Below are positions 62,334-64,000 of a DNA stretch of 64,000 nucleotides, piece by piece. Source of the DNA: Takakia lepidozioides (taxonomy: Eukaryota; Plantae; Bryophyta); NCBI GenBank assembly GCA_030704615.1, contig CM060734.1, positions 22,754,001 through 22,818,000 on the forward strand, in the 5' to 3' direction. Each line of letters opens with the position of its first letter. The first letter of the stretch is position 1. A model generated the notes under the pieces. It saw only the letters and a list, made by a program, of their open reading frames with translations. It did not search any database and was not told where the DNA came from. Position numbers and translations under genes: made by a program.

Positions 62334-63584
62334 CTACTCCGTCCTATATACGTCTTTCGGCTCAGGCCAATTGAATGGCTTGCCCATGAACCGAAGTACT
62401 ACATGGGCTAATGTGACTATCTCATTCTTGTTGTTGTCGTACAACCTTTGTAGCATTGAATGCCAACAACCTCCCGTAAATTGGTCCTTGAACGTACTTT
62501 GATCATAATGAGCGCCGCCATTTATTTGTACCGTTATCTTCCCAACAGCAAAGGCCTCCGACGTCATGTCCTGGGGGGAGGGGGGGTTGGCATTCTCATT
62601 GAAAACCGATGCAATATCTTTTTCCACCCACCATCTTTTCGCGAGTTCCCGGTCCAGCTTGTCTTGGTTTTCAAACTGGTACGACGAGGCTTTGCGTATG
62701 CCCAATGGGGTGGCTAAGCCCCAATCACACACCCCAATCTTGATCTCCTCGGTACCATCTGGAAAATGCAACAAGATGTTGTCGGGGGACAAGTCGTTGT
62801 GCAGGACACCGTTCTTGTGGACAACATCCATGATGCACACCAGTGCCCATGCAAGTTTACTGTGCACTTTCCGGAAACGAAGCAAGCGATCGCATTCCTG
62901 GAACTCTGCTTCCGTTCCTCTTTGTTCCAAAATCACCCTGTTGTCCGAATCGTTGCCCCATTTTCTGTCAAGGTTCATCATGTCGCGTATTGTCCCTCCA
63001 TTCCACCAGCGAGTGTAACCCTCTACTTCACGTGCATTCACAACAAAATACGAGATAACACCCGGATGTTGGAACTTCACTTCCAAACACTCGTCGTTAT
63101 GTTGTCTCAACGCCTTTTCTGGATTTTTGGACTTGGGTTTTTTTCCCGCTAGCTCCCAACGCTCCAGTATTCTAGAATCGCCAATAATCCTACAATGATG
63201 GACCTTAGCATACCCTCCTTCTTTGTAAGGGCCAATTTCTACCACCTTCACAGTAGAGTTTGGGTAATAAAGACCAGTTGTGCCTCCCCCGCCCGATGAC
63301 CCCGCCTTCCAAGGGACAACCCTAGTCCGGCGATGTGAATTCTGACTTGCCGAGCAAGCCCAATACTCAACACGCCGCATTAACTCAGCTTCGGCGGAGG
63401 GCACTCGACCCTCGGTTGTTCTACCCTTCCATGTCTTCATTAGCTGCCTAAAATTCCACGTGGCGTCTTTCGCCCTGCTTTGGATCCACCGATTGAACTT
63501 CGGTTTGTCCCTGTCCGCCGTCCACTTAGCCCCCGTCAAAGCGTTTATCATTTTCATCTCCATATTTTGCTGAAAAATCTCCAT
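62334..63584 (-). CDS. Intronless atypical Ser/Thr-type protein kinase
   Basis: Gly loop KEGGYAKV, lysine in LAGKKPK, catalytic loop VLHNDLSPDNILL, DWG in place of DFG. Probable N-terminal extension via frameshift into 63554-63787. Confidence 0.85.
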   Translation of the reverse strand: MEIFQQNMEMKMINALTGAKWTADRDKPKFNRWIQSRAKDATWNFRQLMKTWKGRTTEGRVPSAEAELMRRVEYWACSASQNSHRRTRVVPWKAGSSGGGGTTGLYYPNSTVKVVEIGPYKEGGYAKVHHCRIIGDSRILERWELAGKKPKSKNPEKALRQHNDECLEVKFQHPGVISYFVVNAREVEGYTRWWNGGTIRDMMNLDRKWGNDSDNRVILEQRGTEAEFQECDRLLRFRKVHSKLAWALVCIMDVVHKNGVLHNDLSPDNILLHFPDGTEEIKIGVCDWGLATPLGIRKASSYQFENQDKLDRELAKRWWVEKDIASVFNENANPPSPQDMTSEAFAVGKITVQINGGAHYDQSTFKDQFTGGCWHSMLQRLYDNNKNEIVTLAHVVLRFMGKPFNWPEPKDVYRTE

Positions 63585-64000
63585 CCATGCCTAACATAAG
63601 CACTCTCCAGCCTCATCATGTCCCTACCCTTGAAATAATCCGCTACCACTTCTTTCACCCTATCCAAGGCATCCGGTCCCGGGTAGTCTGGCTTGTTGAC
63701 CTGGCTATCCCGCTCGTGGGCACGTTTTCTCTTCCTCCGCCCCCCAGACGATCCCGCCCCAGAACTTGAATTCACAACCCCCGACATTGTATGAACTTTT
63801 GCCCACTACAAGGTCCAAAACCTCAGAAAATGGCAATGTATGCGTGTGGATGGTGTCTTCGTAGTTTTCTGCAAAAAAACAGGCTGCCGGAGATCCGGAA
63901 ACGGCAAAATGGTGATACGATGATTGTACCGTGAACAAGTGTATGGGACTGACCAATAGAAAACCGACAAAACCTCCCCCCCCAAATAATCACCTTTGCA

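Overview
Eukaryotic, repeat-dense, nested transposon region. It is most likely from a non-seed land plant or streptophyte (inference from GT-AG introns, CACTA DUF4216/4218, Mutator, hAT, Copia and Ty3 remnants, and a plant-type RPT1 fragment). No intact host gene is evident. The centrepiece is a 9.5-kb Ty3/gypsy-type retroelement (11804-21291, minus strand, 4-bp TTAC TSD). Its pol carries a non-permuted DNMT3-like C5 cytosine methyltransferase between protease and a largely deleted RT, and its DDE integrase ends in a PHD finger. Instead of two matching LTRs it has split direct repeats (sense order B-internal-A-B-A, each unit TG...CA) and a tRNA-independent, self-complementary primer site. The window also holds at least five copies or fragments of a Mutator-like transposase with an N-terminal GCM/WRKY-type zinc finger and a C-terminal SWIM domain. 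One copy is next to a Ulp1 protease gene; another is divergent from a spliced ParB/Srx-like gene amid 22-bp palindromes. Other contents: a large minus-strand element with a 2A-like NPGP motif and a LINE ORF1-like end, a ~53-bp hairpin minisatellite, and an intronless atypical protein kinase. All domain calls come from reading motifs by eye; no database searches were run, and boundaries of degenerate features are approximate.
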